Notes under the pieces: generated by a model
What the model was told of the DNA's origin: nothing
Database searches by the model: none
Seen by the model: the letters and a program-made list of their open reading frames with translations, nothing else
Shown: positions 1 to 10,610 of the stretch, in pieces
Position numbering within the stretch: position 1 is the stretch's first letter
How the letters are laid out: every line of letters starts with the position of its first letter
Source of the DNA: Candidatus Rokuibacteriota bacterium
GTDB lineage: Bacteria > Methylomirabilota > Methylomirabilia > Rokubacteriales > CSP1-6
DNA: 27,998 bases
Assembly: GCA_016184305.1 (NCBI GenBank)
Contig: JACPCX010000145.1
Location: forward strand, 1 to 27,998
Reading direction: 5' to 3'
Translations under genes and position numbers: made by a program

Positions 1-103
1 CGAGTTGATCCAGCCGATCGCGATGGAGAAGGAGTTGCGGTTCGCGATCCGGGAGGGGGGGCGGACGGTGGGGGCCGGCGTGGTGGCGGAGATCGTGGAG
101 TAG
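1..103 (+). CDS. tuf: Elongation factor Tu, C-terminal end (partial, 5' truncated by window)
   Basis: Frame from nt 2 reads [33 protein letters not shown], the canonical EF-Tu C-terminus; TAG at 101-103. Confidence 0.97.
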   Translation, partial: ELIQPIAMEKELRFAIREGGRTVGAGVVAEIVE

Positions 104-107
104 GGAT

Positions 108-428
108 ATGGTCACACTCACCGCCGACCAGAAGATCCGCATCCGTCTGAAGGCGTACGACCACCATCTCCTCGACCGGTCCATGAAGGAGATCGTGGAG
201 ACCGTCCGCCGGACCGGCGCCCGAGTCACGGGTCCGGTCCTGCTGCCCACCATCATCAACCGGTGGACGGTGCTCCGCTCCCCGCACGTCGACAAGACGT
301 CCCGGGAGCAGTTCGAGATGCGCACTCACAAACGCCTGCTCGACATCCTCGACCCGACGCCGCAGACGGTGGACGCGCTGATGAAGCTGGAGCTGCCCAG
401 CGGCGTGGACGTCGAGATCAAGCTCTAG
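108..428 (+). CDS. rpsJ: 30S ribosomal protein S10
   Basis: [33 protein letters not shown] motifs; first gene of S10 cluster. Confidence 0.98.
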   Translation: MVTLTADQKIRIRLKAYDHHLLDRSMKEIVETVRRTGARVTGPVLLPTIINRWTVLRSPHVDKTSREQFEMRTHKRLLDILDPTPQTVDALMKLELPSGVDVEIKL

Positions 429-441
429 CGAGACGACTGCC

Positions 442-1122
442 ATGGCGATGAAAGAGGGGCTGATCGGTCGGAAGGTGGGGATGACCCAGGTCTTCGGTGA
501 CGACGGGAACATGATCCCCGTCACCGTGGTGGAGCTCGGTCCATGCCCCGTGGTGGGCGTGCGCACCACGGCGACGCACGGGTACGACGCGCTCCAGCTC
601 GGGTTCTCGCCGAAGAAGAAGAACGTGACCAGACCGATGGCCGGCGTGTACAAGAAGGCGGGCATCGCGACGCCCATGAAGGTCCTCCGCGAGATCCGGC
701 TGCAGAAGACCGAGGCCCTCCAGCCCTACGCGGTGGGGCAGACGCTGACGGCGGCGCTCTTCACGCCCGGTGAGCTGGTGGACGTGGTCGGTGTGAGCAA
801 GGGCAAGGGGTTTCAGGGCGGCGTCAAGCGCCACGGCTGGTCCGGCGGCGATCAGAGCCACGGCTCCATGTTTCACCGGGCGCCAGGTTCCATCGGCGCG
901 TCCTCCGATCCGTCGCGTGTCTGGCCCGGCCATCACCTTCCCGGCCGCATGGGCGGCGATCGGCGGACCGTGCTCAATCTGCCGGTGGTGCGGGTGCTTC
1001 CGGAGCAGAGCCTGATCCTGCTCCGCGGGGCGGTGCCGGGTGCTCGCGGCGGCGTCATCCTGGTGAGGAAGAGCGTGAAGCAGACCAAGACGCAGCAGCA
1101 GAAGGCGCAGGGGGCGAAGTAG
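442..1122 (+). CDS. rplC: 50S ribosomal protein L3
   Basis: GRKVGMTQVF, GKGFQGGVKRHG, HRAPGSIG motifs; start could be ATG at 448. Confidence 0.97.
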   Translation: MAMKEGLIGRKVGMTQVFGDDGNMIPVTVVELGPCPVVGVRTTATHGYDALQLGFSPKKKNVTRPMAGVYKKAGIATPMKVLREIRLQKTEALQPYAVGQTLTAALFTPGELVDVVGVSKGKGFQGGVKRHGWSGGDQSHGSMFHRAPGSIGASSDPSRVWPGHHLPGRMGGDRRTVLNLPVVRVLPEQSLILLRGAVPGARGGVILVRKSVKQTKTQQQKAQGAK

Positions 1123-1124
1123 CC

Positions 1125-1754
1125 ATGCCGAGTGTTCCCGTGCTCGACCAGAACGGCAAGGCCCAGGGGACCATGGAGCTGTCCGCGGACGTGTTCGGCG
1201 GGCCGATCCGGACCGCCCTCCTGCACCAGAGCGTGGTCCGCGAGCTCGCGGCGAAGCGGGCCGGGACCCACGACACGAAGGGGCGCAGCGAGGTGTCCGG
1301 TGGCGGACGGAAGCCCTGGCGCCAGAAGGGGACCGGACGTGCCCGTCAGGGCTCGATCCGCGCGACCCAGTGGAAAGGCGGCGGCAAGCCCTTCGGTCCC
1401 ACTCCGCGGAAGTATGACAAGCGCATGCCCGTCGAGATGCGGCGGTCGGCGCTCCGATCGGCCCTCGCCGCCAAGGTCGCGGCGGGCGAGGTGACGGCGG
1501 TGGAGCAGCTCGGCGTCATGGAACCGAAGACCAAGGTGCTCGTCAGCCGGCTCAGAGACCTCGGTGTCACGTCGGGGCCGACGCTCTTGGTGGTGTCCGA
1601 GGTCGCGCCGGCCCTCGCGCGAGCCGCCCGGAACATCCCGTGGCTCCAGCTGGAAACCCCGACGCACGCCTCGGCCTACCAGTTGCTCAGGAACGGCCGG
1701 ATGATCGCCGAGCGCGCGGCGCTCCTGGCCATGCAGGAGGCGCTCGCGAAATGA
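1125..1754 (+). CDS. rplD: 50S ribosomal protein L4
   Basis: [26 protein letters not shown] motif; synteny. Confidence 0.97.
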   Translation: MPSVPVLDQNGKAQGTMELSADVFGGPIRTALLHQSVVRELAAKRAGTHDTKGRSEVSGGGRKPWRQKGTGRARQGSIRATQWKGGGKPFGPTPRKYDKRMPVEMRRSALRSALAAKVAAGEVTAVEQLGVMEPKTKVLVSRLRDLGVTSGPTLLVVSEVAPALARAARNIPWLQLETPTHASAYQLLRNGRMIAERAALLAMQEALAK

Positions 1755-2041
1755 GAGATCCCCGGACCGTGCTGCTCCGGCCGCTCATGACGGAGAAGAG
1801 CATGCAGCAGAAGGAAGATCTCAACGCCGTGACGTTCCAGGTGGCCGTGGACGCCAACAAGGTGGAGATCCGGCAGGCGGTGGAGCGCGTGTTCAACGTC
1901 AAGGTGGCGGACGTGCGCACCCAGGCCCGCGAGGGCAAGTGGAAGCGCATGGGGCGCTTCGAGGGCCGACGGGCGGCCTGGAAGAAGGCGATCGTCACGC
2001 TCGCGCCTGGCCACAAGATCGAACTCGTCGAGGGAGTATAG
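1751..2041 (+). CDS. rplW: 50S ribosomal protein L23
   Basis: ATG at 1751 overlaps rplD stop (ATGA); [26 protein letters not shown] motifs. Confidence 0.96.
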   Translation: MRDPRTVLLRPLMTEKSMQQKEDLNAVTFQVAVDANKVEIRQAVERVFNVKVADVRTQAREGKWKRMGRFEGRRAAWKKAIVTLAPGHKIELVEGV

Positions 2042-2045
2042 AGGC

Positions 2046-2870
2046 ATGGGAATCCGGACGCTGAAGCCCACCTCGCCGGCCCGGCGCTACATGACGTTCC
2101 TCACCAACGAGGAGATCACGAAGAAGACGCCGGAGAAGAGCCTGCTGTCCCCGAAGCGCCGCACCAACGGGCGCAATTCGTCCGGCCGCATCACGGTTCG
2201 CCATCGGGGTGGCGGGGTCAAGCGCATGCTCCGGGACATCGACTTCCGGCGCGAGAAGCTCGGGATCCCGGCCAAGGTGGCGGGCATCGAGTACGATCCG
2301 AACCGTTCGGCGCGAATCGCGCTCCTGCACTACCGGGACGGTGAGAAGCGCTACATCATCGCGCCGCTGGGGCTCAAGCCGGGCGACGTCGTGATGTCGG
2401 GACCGCAAGCGGATATCCTCCCGGGCAACGCGTTGCCCATCCGGAACATCCCCCTGGGGACGCTGGTGCACAACGTGGAGTTGCAACCCGGAAAGGGCGG
2501 CCAGCTCTGCCGGAGTGCCGGCACGCTGGCGCAGCTCCTGGCGAAGGAAGGCGATCACGCGAACCTGAAGCTGCCCTCGGGGGAGGTGCGGCAGGTGAAG
2601 CTCGAGTGCATGGCGACCGTGGGTCAGGTGGGGAACCTGGACCACGAGAACGTCTCCATGGGGAAGGCCGGACGCGTGCGGTGGCGCGGTTTCAGGCCCG
2701 CCGTCCGCGGCACCGTGATGAACCCGGTAGATCATCCCATGGGGGGCGGCGAGGGCAAGGGCAAGGGCAACCATCCCATGACCCCGTGGGGCAAGCCCAC
2801 CAAGGGCTACAAGACGCGGCGAGGCGCCAGGCCGTCCGACCGCTACATCGTCACGCGCAGGACCAAGTAG
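2046..2870 (+). CDS. rplB: 50S ribosomal protein L2
   Basis: [36 protein letters not shown] motifs. Confidence 0.98.
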   Translation: MGIRTLKPTSPARRYMTFLTNEEITKKTPEKSLLSPKRRTNGRNSSGRITVRHRGGGVKRMLRDIDFRREKLGIPAKVAGIEYDPNRSARIALLHYRDGEKRYIIAPLGLKPGDVVMSGPQADILPGNALPIRNIPLGTLVHNVELQPGKGGQLCRSAGTLAQLLAKEGDHANLKLPSGEVRQVKLECMATVGQVGNLDHENVSMGKAGRVRWRGFRPAVRGTVMNPVDHPMGGGEGKGKGNHPMTPWGKPTKGYKTRRGARPSDRYIVTRRTK

Positions 2871-2882
2871 GGAGAGGACGGC

Positions 2883-3176
2883 ATGGGACGCTCGCTGAGC
2901 AAGGGACCGTATGTCGAGCTTCGGTTGCAGAGTCGGGTCGAGGACCTCAACCGCGCGCGCCAGAAGAAGGTGCTCAAGACCTGGTCGCGCCGGTCGACCA
3001 TCCTGCCGGAGTTCGTCGGCCACACGCTCGCCGTGCACAACGGGAAGAAGTTCATCCCGGTCTACATGACGGAGAACATGGTCGGGCACCGGCTGGGCGA
3101 GTTCGCTCTGTCCCGGACCTTCAAGGCGCACGGGGCCTCGGAGAAGGCCTCGACCTCCCCCACGGGCAAGACGTGA
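2883..3176 (+). CDS. rpsS: 30S ribosomal protein S19
   Basis: [32 protein letters not shown] motifs. Confidence 0.98.
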   Translation: MGRSLSKGPYVELRLQSRVEDLNRARQKKVLKTWSRRSTILPEFVGHTLAVHNGKKFIPVYMTENMVGHRLGEFALSRTFKAHGASEKASTSPTGKT

Positions 3177-3183
3177 ACCGGCC

Positions 3184-3555
3184 ATGAAGACAGAGGCGAC
3201 CGCACGGTACATCCGGGTGCCGGCCAGCAAGGCCCGGCTGGTGCTGGACCACATCCGTGGCAAGTCCGTGGGAGAGGCACTCGCCACGCTCCAGCTCGCG
3301 CCGAAAGCCGCCGCGCGGCTGATCGAGAAGGTCCTGCGGTCGGCCATCGCCAACGCCGAGCACAACCACCAAGTTCGAAACCTCGACGACCTCCGCGTGG
3401 TCAAGGCGATCGCCGACGGGGGGCCCTCGATGAAGCGGGTGTCGCCCCGCGCCATGGGGCGGGCGTTCTTCATCAAGCACCGGACCAGTCACCTCACAAT
3501 CGAGCTCTCCGACGAGACGCCGCGTGCCGAGTCGCGGCGGGCGGGCGCGAGGTAA
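3184..3555 (+). CDS. rplV: 50S ribosomal protein L22
   Basis: [34 protein letters not shown] motifs. Confidence 0.97.
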   Translation: MKTEATARYIRVPASKARLVLDHIRGKSVGEALATLQLAPKAAARLIEKVLRSAIANAEHNHQVRNLDDLRVVKAIADGGPSMKRVSPRAMGRAFFIKHRTSHLTIELSDETPRAESRRAGAR

Positions 3556-3557
3556 CC

Positions 3558-4205
3558 ATGGGGCAGAAGACACATCCGATCGGGTTCCGGCTGGGCACCA
3601 CGCGCACGTGGAGCTCCCGGTGGTTCGCCACCAAGGGCTACGCCGCTCTCCTGCACGAAGACGTGAAGATCCGGCGCTTCATCAAGTCCGCGCTCTATCA
3701 CGCGGGGATCTCGCGGATCGACATCGAGCGCTCGGCCAACCGTGCGCGGATCACCATCTTCACCGCCCGGCCGGGCATCATCATCGGCCGGAAGGGCGCC
3801 GAGGTGGAGAAACTGAAGAACGAGATCCAGATTCGCACGGCAAAGGAGGTCCACCTCAACATCGAGGAGGTGGTCCATCCGGAGCTGGACGCCCAGCTGG
3901 TGGCCGAGAACGTCGCGCTGCAGCTCCAGAAGCGCGTGGCGTTCCGGCGCGCCATGAAGAAGGCGGTGCAGTCCGCCCTGCGACTGGGCGCCGACGGCAT
4001 CAGGATCGCCTGCTCGGGCCGCCTGGGCGGCTCCGAGATCGCCCGCCGCGAGTGGTACCGGGATGGGCGGGTGCCGCTGCACACGATCCGGGCCGACATC
4101 GACTACGGGCTCGCCGAGGCGCACACGACCTACGGCGCCATCGGCGTGAAGGTGTGGATCTTCAAGGGTGAGGTTCTCCCCACCCAGCGGCCCAGCGAGG
4201 TCTAA
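3558..4205 (+). CDS. rpsC: 30S ribosomal protein S3
   Basis: [37 protein letters not shown] motifs. Confidence 0.98.
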   Translation: MGQKTHPIGFRLGTTRTWSSRWFATKGYAALLHEDVKIRRFIKSALYHAGISRIDIERSANRARITIFTARPGIIIGRKGAEVEKLKNEIQIRTAKEVHLNIEEVVHPELDAQLVAENVALQLQKRVAFRRAMKKAVQSALRLGADGIRIACSGRLGGSEIARREWYRDGRVPLHTIRADIDYGLAEAHTTYGAIGVKVWIFKGEVLPTQRPSEV

Positions 4206-4210
4206 CGACC

Positions 4211-4627
4211 ATGCTGATGCCCAAGCGCGTCAAGTACCGCAAGGCCCAGCGTGGGCGCATGGCCGGCAAGGCCCAGCGCGGGTCGACGCTCGCCTTCGGC
4301 GACTACGGCTTGAAGGCGCTGGAGCCTGGCTGGGTGACCAACCGGCAGATCGAGGCGGCGCGCGTGTCGCTCGCCCGGAGCGTGAAGCGGGGCGGGAAGA
4401 TCTTCATTCGTATCTTCCCGGACAAGCCGGTCACCAAGAAGCCCGCCGAGACCCGGATGGGCAAGGGCAAGGGTAATCCCGAGGGCTGGGTGGCGGTGGT
4501 CAAGCCAGGGCGCATCCTCTACGAGATGGAAGGCGTGGACGAGGCCACTGCACGGGACGGGTTCCGGCTCGCGGCCCAGAAGTTCGGGATCAAGACCAAG
4601 TTCGTGTCCCGGACGCGGACAGTGTGA
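4211..4627 (+). CDS. rplP: 50S ribosomal protein L16
   Basis: [31 protein letters not shown] motifs. Confidence 0.98.
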   Translation: MLMPKRVKYRKAQRGRMAGKAQRGSTLAFGDYGLKALEPGWVTNRQIEAARVSLARSVKRGGKIFIRIFPDKPVTKKPAETRMGKGKGNPEGWVAVVKPGRILYEMEGVDEATARDGFRLAAQKFGIKTKFVSRTRTV

Positions 4628-4634
4628 GGCGATC

Positions 4635-4859
4635 ATGAAGGCGGTCACGTGGCGCGAGATGTCGGGCGACGAGCTCGGGCAGAAGGCGAAGGAGCTGACC
4701 GAGGAGCTGTTCAACCTGCGGTTCCAGCTGTCCATGGGCGTGGCAAAGAACCCGTCCCGCGTGGGCCACGCCAGGCGCGATCTGGCGCGGGTCAAGACCG
4801 TGCTGCGCGAGCGTGGGTTGACGGCGGCAGGCGAAGCGCAGCTGAAGAAGCAAGCGTAG
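4635..4859 (+). CDS. rpmC: 50S ribosomal protein L29
   Basis: EELFNLRFQ, RRDLARVKTVLRER motifs; synteny. Confidence 0.96.
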   Translation: MKAVTWREMSGDELGQKAKELTEELFNLRFQLSMGVAKNPSRVGHARRDLARVKTVLRERGLTAAGEAQLKKQA

Positions 4860-4869
4860 CGTTCCGGCG

Positions 4870-4903
4870 GGGGCGGGCGGGCGACAGCCCGGGTGCCCGC
4901 CCC
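4870..4903 (+). other. GC-rich intergenic stem-loop with GNRA-type tetraloop between rpmC and rpsQ
   Basis: GGGGCGGGC (4870-4878) pairs with GCCCGCCCC (4895-4903); inner GGGC-GACA-GCCC (4879-4890); no U-tract. Confidence 0.6.
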
Positions 4904-4919
4904 AGCTGAAAGGACCAAC

Positions 4920-5168
4920 GTGGGAGAGAAGAAGACCCGAGAGGGCGTGGTGGTCAGCGACAAGATGACGAAGACCCGTGTGGTTCGCATCGAGCGGGTT
5001 TTCCGCCACCCCCGGTACGAGCGCGTCGTCCGGCGGAGCACGCGGTTGAAGGCGCATGATGCGACGAATGCCAGCAAGACGGGGGATCGCGTGCTCATCG
5101 AAGAGACGCGGCCGCTGTCCAGGGACAAGCGGTGGCGGATCCGCGAGATTCTGACCCGCGTGTCGTGA
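4920..5168 (+). CDS. rpsQ: 30S ribosomal protein S17
   Basis: GTG start at 4920 after [28 protein letters not shown] motifs. Confidence 0.96.
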   Translation: MGEKKTREGVVVSDKMTKTRVVRIERVFRHPRYERVVRRSTRLKAHDATNASKTGDRVLIEETRPLSRDKRWRIREILTRVS

Positions 5169-5199
5169 GGGACTCCGAGGGAGAGAGCGGAACACAGCC

Positions 5200-5568
5200 A
5201 TGATCCAGCCGAGAACGATGCTCGATGTGGCGGATAACTCCGGGGCCAAGAAGGCCCAGTGCATCCGCGTGATGGGTGGCGGGAACAAGCGGACCGCGTC
5301 CCTTGGCGACATCGTCATCGTCGCCGTCAAGGAAGCCGCTCCGGACGGGACCGTGAAGAAGGGCGAGGTGGCCCGGGCCGTCGTGGTGCGCACGGTGAAA
5401 GAGGTGGGACGGAAGGACGGGTCCTACATCCGCTTCGACAGGAACGCGGTCGTGCTCGTCAAGGCCGACGACAACCCGGTGGGGACCCGCATCTTCGGCC
5501 CCGTGGCCCGGGAACTCAGGGACAAGCAGTTCACGAAGATCATCTCCCTGGCGCCGGAAGTCATCTAG
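5200..5568 (+). CDS. rplN: 50S ribosomal protein L14
   Basis: [34 protein letters not shown] motifs. Confidence 0.98.
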   Translation: MIQPRTMLDVADNSGAKKAQCIRVMGGGNKRTASLGDIVIVAVKEAAPDGTVKKGEVARAVVVRTVKEVGRKDGSYIRFDRNAVVLVKADDNPVGTRIFGPVARELRDKQFTKIISLAPEVI

Positions 5569-5588
5569 GGAGGCCGTAGAGGACGATC

Positions 5589-5915
5589 ATGGCGCAGGCC
5601 CACGTTCGGAAGGGAGACACGGTGGTGGTGGTGGCCGGGAAAGAGCGAGGCAAGCGAGGGAAGGTGCTCCGGGTGCTGCCTGCAGAGGGGCGAGTCCTCG
5701 TCGAGCGCCTCAACATGATGAAGAAGCACCAGCGCCCCACTCAGAGGCTTCGCCAGGGCGGTATCATCGAGCGCGAGGCGCCCCTGCACCTCTCGAACGT
5801 GATGCTGGTGGATCCTCGGACCGATGCACCCACGCGGGTTGGCGTCCGTCTGCTGACGGACGGCAAGAAGGCCCGCATCGCCAAGAAGTCTGGCGAGATC
5901 ATCGACAAGGCGTAA
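5589..5915 (+). CDS. rplX: 50S ribosomal protein L24
   Basis: KOW motif [32 protein letters not shown]. Confidence 0.97.
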   Translation: MAQAHVRKGDTVVVVAGKERGKRGKVLRVLPAEGRVLVERLNMMKKHQRPTQRLRQGGIIEREAPLHLSNVMLVDPRTDAPTRVGVRLLTDGKKARIAKKSGEIIDKA

Positions 5916-5919
5916 GACC

Positions 5920-6627
5920 ATGGCCGAGGCGAAGAAGGCTGACAAGGCGCAGAAGGCCCCCAAGGCGGGGCCGGCCGGTGCCGCTGGAAAGAAGCAGCCG
6001 GCGCCGGCGGGCAAGGGGGGCAAAGGCGCTCCGTCCACTGCCCCCGAGGCGCCGGCCGCGCGCCCAAAGGTGACGGGGGCGGTTCCCCCTCGTCTGCGGG
6101 AGCGGTTCCGGGCCACGGTGATCCCTGCCCTCATGAAAGAGCGCGGCTATACCAACCCCTTCCAGGTGCCGCGGCTCCGGAAGATCGTCATCAACATGGG
6201 CGTGGGCGAGGGCAAGGAAAACGCCAAGGTACTCGACTTCGCCACGGCGGATCTGCAGGCCATCACGGGGCAAAAACCCGTGGTCACCCGCGCCAAGAAA
6301 TCCATTGCGAACTTCAAGCTGCGTGAGAACGCGTCCATCGGATGCAAGGTCACGCTCCGCGGGGCCCGGATGTACGAGTTCATGGACCGGCTGGTCAACG
6401 TGGCGCTGCCGCGCGTGCGGGACTTCAGGGGCGTCGCTCCCAAGGCCTTCGACGGCCGCGGCAACTACGCTCTCGGGCTCAAGGAGCAGGTGATCTTTCC
6501 GGAGATCGTGTACGACAAGGTGGACAAGGTGCGCGGCATGGACGTCATCATGGTGACCAGCGCGAAGACCGACGAAGAGGCGAAGGCGCTGCTGACCCAC
6601 CTCGGCGTGCCCTTCAGGGAGTCCTGA
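5920..6627 (+). CDS. rplE: 50S ribosomal protein L5 with about 55-aa low-complexity N-terminal extension
   Basis: [32 protein letters not shown] motifs; ATG 4 nt after rplX stop. Confidence 0.96.
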   Translation: MAEAKKADKAQKAPKAGPAGAAGKKQPAPAGKGGKGAPSTAPEAPAARPKVTGAVPPRLRERFRATVIPALMKERGYTNPFQVPRLRKIVINMGVGEGKENAKVLDFATADLQAITGQKPVVTRAKKSIANFKLRENASIGCKVTLRGARMYEFMDRLVNVALPRVRDFRGVAPKAFDGRGNYALGLKEQVIFPEIVYDKVDKVRGMDVIMVTSAKTDEEAKALLTHLGVPFRES

Positions 6628-6629
6628 GC

Positions 6630-6815
6630 ATGGCGAAGACCTCACTGATCATGAAGTCCCGGCGCCCGCCGAAGTTTCAGTCGCGGGCCTACTCGCGCTG
6701 CAAGATCTGCGGGCGCCCGCGCGGCTTCCTCCGCAAGTTCCAGTGCTGCCGGCTCTGCTTCCGGGAGCTGGCGCTCAAGGGCGAAGTGCCGGGCGTGATC
6801 AAGGCGAGCTGGTAG
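6630..6815 (+). CDS. rpsN: 30S ribosomal protein S14, short Zn-binding (type Z) form, 61 aa
   Basis: MAKTSL...[10 protein letters not shown]...CRLCFRELA...PGVIKASW; two CxxC pairs. Confidence 0.97.
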   Translation: MAKTSLIMKSRRPPKFQSRAYSRCKICGRPRGFLRKFQCCRLCFRELALKGEVPGVIKASW

Positions 6816-6828
6816 GAGGGGCGCGGCC

Positions 6829-7224
6829 ATGATGACCGATCCCATCGCAGATCTGCTGACCCGCATCCGTAATGCCAGTGGCGCCGAGCACGAGAAGGTG
6901 GACATCCCGGCCTCCAAGCTGAAGGTCCGGGTCACCGAGATCCTCAAGGCGGAGGGGTTCATCAAGAACTTCCGTCTCATCGAGGAGCCCAAGCCGGGAA
7001 CCGTGCGCGTGTACCTGAAGTACGGGGTGGGGAACGAGAAGGTCATCTCCGGCTTGGTGCGTGTGTCCCGGCCCGGCCGTCGCGTGTACGTGGGCAAGGA
7101 CAAGATCCCCTCCATCCTGGGGGGCATGGGCGTCGCCATCCTCTCCACATCGCGCGGTGTCATGACCGACCGTGAGGTCCGGAAGCTGGGGCTGGGCGGC
7201 GAAGTCCTGGCCTACGTCTGGTAG
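6829..7224 (+). CDS. rpsH: 30S ribosomal protein S8
   Basis: [32 protein letters not shown] motifs; AGGAGG SD. Confidence 0.98.
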   Translation: MMTDPIADLLTRIRNASGAEHEKVDIPASKLKVRVTEILKAEGFIKNFRLIEEPKPGTVRVYLKYGVGNEKVISGLVRVSRPGRRVYVGKDKIPSILGGMGVAILSTSRGVMTDREVRKLGLGGEVLAYVW

Positions 7225-7232
7225 GAGCGACC

Positions 7233-7775
7233 ATGTCCAGAATCGGCAGGAAGCCTATTCCCATCCCCCAGGGCGTCACGGTCGCCATCGAGGGGAACAC
7301 CGTGCGGGTGGAGGGGCCCAAGGGCAAGCTCTCGCACACACTCCCGGCGGGCGTCTCGGTCGCGGCGGGTGGGAACGTCCTCACGGTTGGGCGGAGCTCG
7401 GATCACCGAACCGTGCGGGCCCTGCACGGGCTCACGCGCTCCCTGATCGCCAACATTGTCCACGGGGTCAAGGACGGCTTCGAGCGGAAGCTCGAGATCG
7501 TCGGCATCGGCTACCGGGCTCAGCTCGCTGGGCAGAATCTCCAGCTCGCTTTGGGGTACTCGCACCCGGTGATCTTCCCGCTGCCGGAGGGCGTCCAGGC
7601 CGAGGTGGAGAAGCAGGTCTCCATCACGTTGCGCGGGACTGACAAGGCCCTCCTCGGGCAGACGGCGGCCAAGCTCCGCGCGCTGCGCAAGCCGGATCCG
7701 TACAAGGGCAAGGGAATCAAGTACGCGGGCGAGTACATTCGGCGGAAGGTCGGCAAGAAGGCGGGGGCCAAGTAA
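7233..7775 (+). CDS. rplF: 50S ribosomal protein L6
   Basis: [28 protein letters not shown] motifs. Confidence 0.98.
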   Translation: MSRIGRKPIPIPQGVTVAIEGNTVRVEGPKGKLSHTLPAGVSVAAGGNVLTVGRSSDHRTVRALHGLTRSLIANIVHGVKDGFERKLEIVGIGYRAQLAGQNLQLALGYSHPVIFPLPEGVQAEVEKQVSITLRGTDKALLGQTAAKLRALRKPDPYKGKGIKYAGEYIRRKVGKKAGAK

Positions 7776-8141
7776 ATGATCACGAGTCACAAGGTCGAGG
7801 GGCGCAAGATCCGCCACCTGCGCATCCGGCGCACGGTCCGCGGGACGCCGCAGCGCCCGCGGCTCACTGTGTTCCGCAGCCTGAACCACATCTACGCGCA
7901 GATCATCGACGATGCGTCGGGGCGGACCCTGGTGGCGGTGGATAGCCGCGCGCCGGAGTTTCAGCAGAAGATGAAAACCGGCGGCAACGTGACGGCGGCC
8001 AAACTGGTGGGCGACCTGCTCGCCCAGCGCGCTCGCGCACATGGCGTGAGCGCCGTCGTTTTCGACCGGGGGGGCTATCAATATCACGGGCGGGTCAAGG
8101 CGCTGGCCGACGCGGCACGAGCCGGCGGCCTCACGTTCTGA
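7776..8141 (+). CDS. rplR: 50S ribosomal protein L18
   Basis: [41 protein letters not shown] motifs. Confidence 0.98.
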   Translation: MITSHKVEGRKIRHLRIRRTVRGTPQRPRLTVFRSLNHIYAQIIDDASGRTLVAVDSRAPEFQQKMKTGGNVTAAKLVGDLLAQRARAHGVSAVVFDRGGYQYHGRVKALADAARAGGLTF

Positions 8142-8151
8142 GGAGGGGTGA

Positions 8152-8682
8152 GTGGCTGAGGCACGCATCGATTCCAGTGCGCTCGATCTGACCGACCGGG
8201 TCGTCGCCATCAACCGCGTGGCGAAGGTTGTCAAGGGCGGCCGGCGGTTCTCCTTCACGGCCCTCGTGGTCGTGGGGGACGGACACGGCCACGTGGGCGT
8301 CGGGCTCGGCAAGGCCCGCGAGGTGCCCGAGGCGATCCGGAAGTCGGTGGAGCACGCCAAGAAGGATCTGGTCTACGTGCCCCTTCGGGACACCACCGTT
8401 CCGTGCGAGATCACGGGCCGTTTCGGCGCGGCGCGCGTCTACCTCAAGCCCGCCGCCCAGGGCACGGGAGTCATCGCGGGCGGGGCTGTGCGCCCGGTGC
8501 TGGAGGCGGCCGGAGTCCAGGACATCCTGACGAAGACCATCGGCACCAACAACCCGCACAACGTGCTGAAGGCCACGATCGATGCGTTCCGGCAGATGAA
8601 GCGGCTGCTCGATCTCCACGCCGCACGCCGGCGCTCGGTGGACGGCGAGAGCCAGGAGGTCGCGGGTGTCAAGGAAGGTTAA
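8152..8682 (+). CDS. rpsE: 30S ribosomal protein S5
   Basis: [32 protein letters not shown] motifs; GTG start after GAGGAGG. Confidence 0.98.
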   Translation: MAEARIDSSALDLTDRVVAINRVAKVVKGGRRFSFTALVVVGDGHGHVGVGLGKAREVPEAIRKSVEHAKKDLVYVPLRDTTVPCEITGRFGAARVYLKPAAQGTGVIAGGAVRPVLEAAGVQDILTKTIGTNNPHNVLKATIDAFRQMKRLLDLHAARRRSVDGESQEVAGVKEG

Positions 8683-8848
8683 GGTCACGCTGGTGAAGAG
8701 CATCATCGGGCTCAACCCGAAGCAGGAGGCGACCGTCAAGGCGCTGGGGCTGCACCGCATTCGGCACACGGTGGAGCACGACGACACCCCGACGATACGG
8801 GGCATGATCAAGGCGGTGGGATTCTGCCTCAAGGTGGACGAGGCATGA
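8666..8848 (+). CDS. rpmD: 50S ribosomal protein L30
   Basis: [26 protein letters not shown] motifs; GTG start overlapping rpsE end. Confidence 0.95.
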   Translation: MSRKVKVTLVKSIIGLNPKQEATVKALGLHRIRHTVEHDDTPTIRGMIKAVGFCLKVDEA

Positions 8849-9300
8849 GACTGGAAGATCTCCGTCCGGCGCCCGGTTCCACGAAGAAGCGAAAGCGGAT
8901 CGGCCGCGGGCCCGGGTCCGGCCACGGCAAGACCGCCGGCAAGGGGCACAAGGGCCAAAAGGCCCGCTCCGGCGGCGGCGCCCGGCCGGGTTTCGAGGGT
9001 GGGCAGATGCCGTTGTACCGGCGGCTGCCCAAGCGCGGCTTCGTTCCCTACGGGGGCAAGACCGAGTTCGCGATCGTCAACCTCAAGGACGTGGTGGCGC
9101 GCTTCGCCGCCGGCAGCGTGGTGGATCCGGACAGCCTGCTCCAGGCGCGGCTGATCAAGAAGGCCGATCGCGGCGCCGTGAAGATCCTGGGCGAGGGTGA
9201 CGTCTCTCACGCCCTCACCGTGCGCGCCCACAAGATCAGTGAATCGGCGCGCCGCAAGGTCGAGGCCGCGGGCGGCCGTGTCGAGGTACTGCGCGGATGA
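8845..9300 (+). CDS. rplO: 50S ribosomal protein L15
   Basis: [31 protein letters not shown] motifs. Confidence 0.98.
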   Translation: MRLEDLRPAPGSTKKRKRIGRGPGSGHGKTAGKGHKGQKARSGGGARPGFEGGQMPLYRRLPKRGFVPYGGKTEFAIVNLKDVVARFAAGSVVDPDSLLQARLIKKADRGAVKILGEGDVSHALTVRAHKISESARRKVEAAGGRVEVLRG

Positions 9301-10610
9301 TCGAGGGCCTGCAGAGCTTCGGGAACATCTTCAAGATTCCGGAGCTCAAGCGTCGCGTGCTGATGACCCTGGGGCTGCTGGCCGCCTACCGTCTCGGCGC
9401 GCACGTCCCGACGCCAGGGATCGACGGAGCGGCGCTCGCCCAGTTCTTCGACCAGGTCCAGGGCACGCTGCTGGGCATGGTGGACCTGTTCTCCGGGGGC
9501 AATCTGCGGCGGCTCACCGTGTTCGCCCTCGGCATCATGCCGTACATCTCGGCGTCCATTATCCTGCAGCTCCTGACCGTGGTGATCCCCGCCCTCGAGC
9601 GGCTCGCCAAGGAAGGGGAGGCAGGGAGGAAGAAGATCACCCAGTACACCCGGTACGGCACGGTCGTGCTGTCGCTCGTGCAGTCCTTCGGCATCGCGGT
9701 GGGTCTGGAGAGCATGCGGAGCCCCGGCGGCGGGGTCATCGTCCCCGATCCGGGATGGGGCTTCCGGCTGCTCACGATGATCACGCTCACCACCGGGACC
9801 GCGCTCATCATGTGGCTGGGCGAGCAGATCTCCGAGAAGGGGATCGGCAACGGCATCTCGCTCATCATCTTCGCCGGCATCGTGGTGCGGCTGCCCTCGG
9901 CGATCGTGTCGTCCTACACCCTGATCTTCACAGGCGAGCTCAAGCTGTTCGTTTTCCTGGGTCTCCTCATCATGATGGTCGCCGTGACCGCGGCGGTCGT
10001 CGTCATGCAGGAGGGCCAGCGGAAGATCCCGGTGCAGTACGCCAAGCGGGTCGTGGGCCGGCGGATCTACGGGGGACAGTCCACCCACATCCCACTGCGC
10101 GTGAACACGGCGGGCGTCATTCCGGTGATCTTCGCCTCGTCCCTGATCCTGTTCCCGGCGACGCTCACCCGTTTCATCCAGCATCCGTGGATGCAGGGGA
10201 TCTCCGAAGCGCTGTCGCCGGGCCAGTTCACCTACACGCTTCTGTACTGCGGCCTCATCATCTTCTTCGCGTACTTCTACACGGCGATCGTGTTCAACCC
10301 GATCGATCTCGCCGACAACATGAAAAAGTACGGCGGCTTCATCCCCGGCGTGCGGCCGGGCAAGAAGACGGCGGAGTACATCGATCGGACGCTGACCCGG
10401 ATCACGCTGCCGGGGGCCGTGTTCCTGGCGCTCATCTCGGTGCTTCCGGACTTCCTCATCCGCTGGTTCAACACCCCGTTTTACTTCGGCGGGACGAGTC
10501 TCCTCATCGTCGTGGGTGTGGCGCTGGACACGGTGCGACAGATGGAGTCGCACCTCCTGATGCGGAACTACGAGGGATTCCTCCGGAAGAAGGCGAAGGC
10601 GCGGGCGTGA
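9297..10610 (+). CDS. secY: Preprotein translocase subunit SecY
   Basis: [51 protein letters not shown]; multiple TM segments. Confidence 0.98.
   Translation: MIEGLQSFGNIFKIPELKRRVLMTLGLLAAYRLGAHVPTPGIDGAALAQFFDQVQGTLLGMVDLFSGGNLRRLTVFALGIMPYISASIILQLLTVVIPALERLAKEGEAGRKKITQYTRYGTVVLSLVQSFGIAVGLESMRSPGGGVIVPDPGWGFRLLTMITLTTGTALIMWLGEQISEKGIGNGISLIIFAGIVVRLPSAIVSSYTLIFTGELKLFVFLGLLIMMVAVTAAVVVMQEGQRKIPVQYAKRVVGRRIYGGQSTHIPLRVNTAGVIPVIFASSLILFPATLTRFIQHPWMQGISEALSPGQFTYTLLYCGLIIFFAYFYTAIVFNPIDLADNMKKYGGFIPGVRPGKKTAEYIDRTLTRITLPGAVFLALISVLPDFLIRWFNTPFYFGGTSLLIVVGVALDTVRQMESHLLMRNYEGFLRKKAKARA

Noticed and set aside
1995..3476. 493-aa antisense ORF, and many similar long antisense or alternate-frame ORFs across the window
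   Set aside because: Shadow ORFs opposite well-identified genes; expected at high GC, and no recognisable motifs
9197..10606. Apparent 690-aa Adk with a long N-terminal domain
   Set aside because: The extension is an alternate frame of secY; Adk starts at the GTG at 10607
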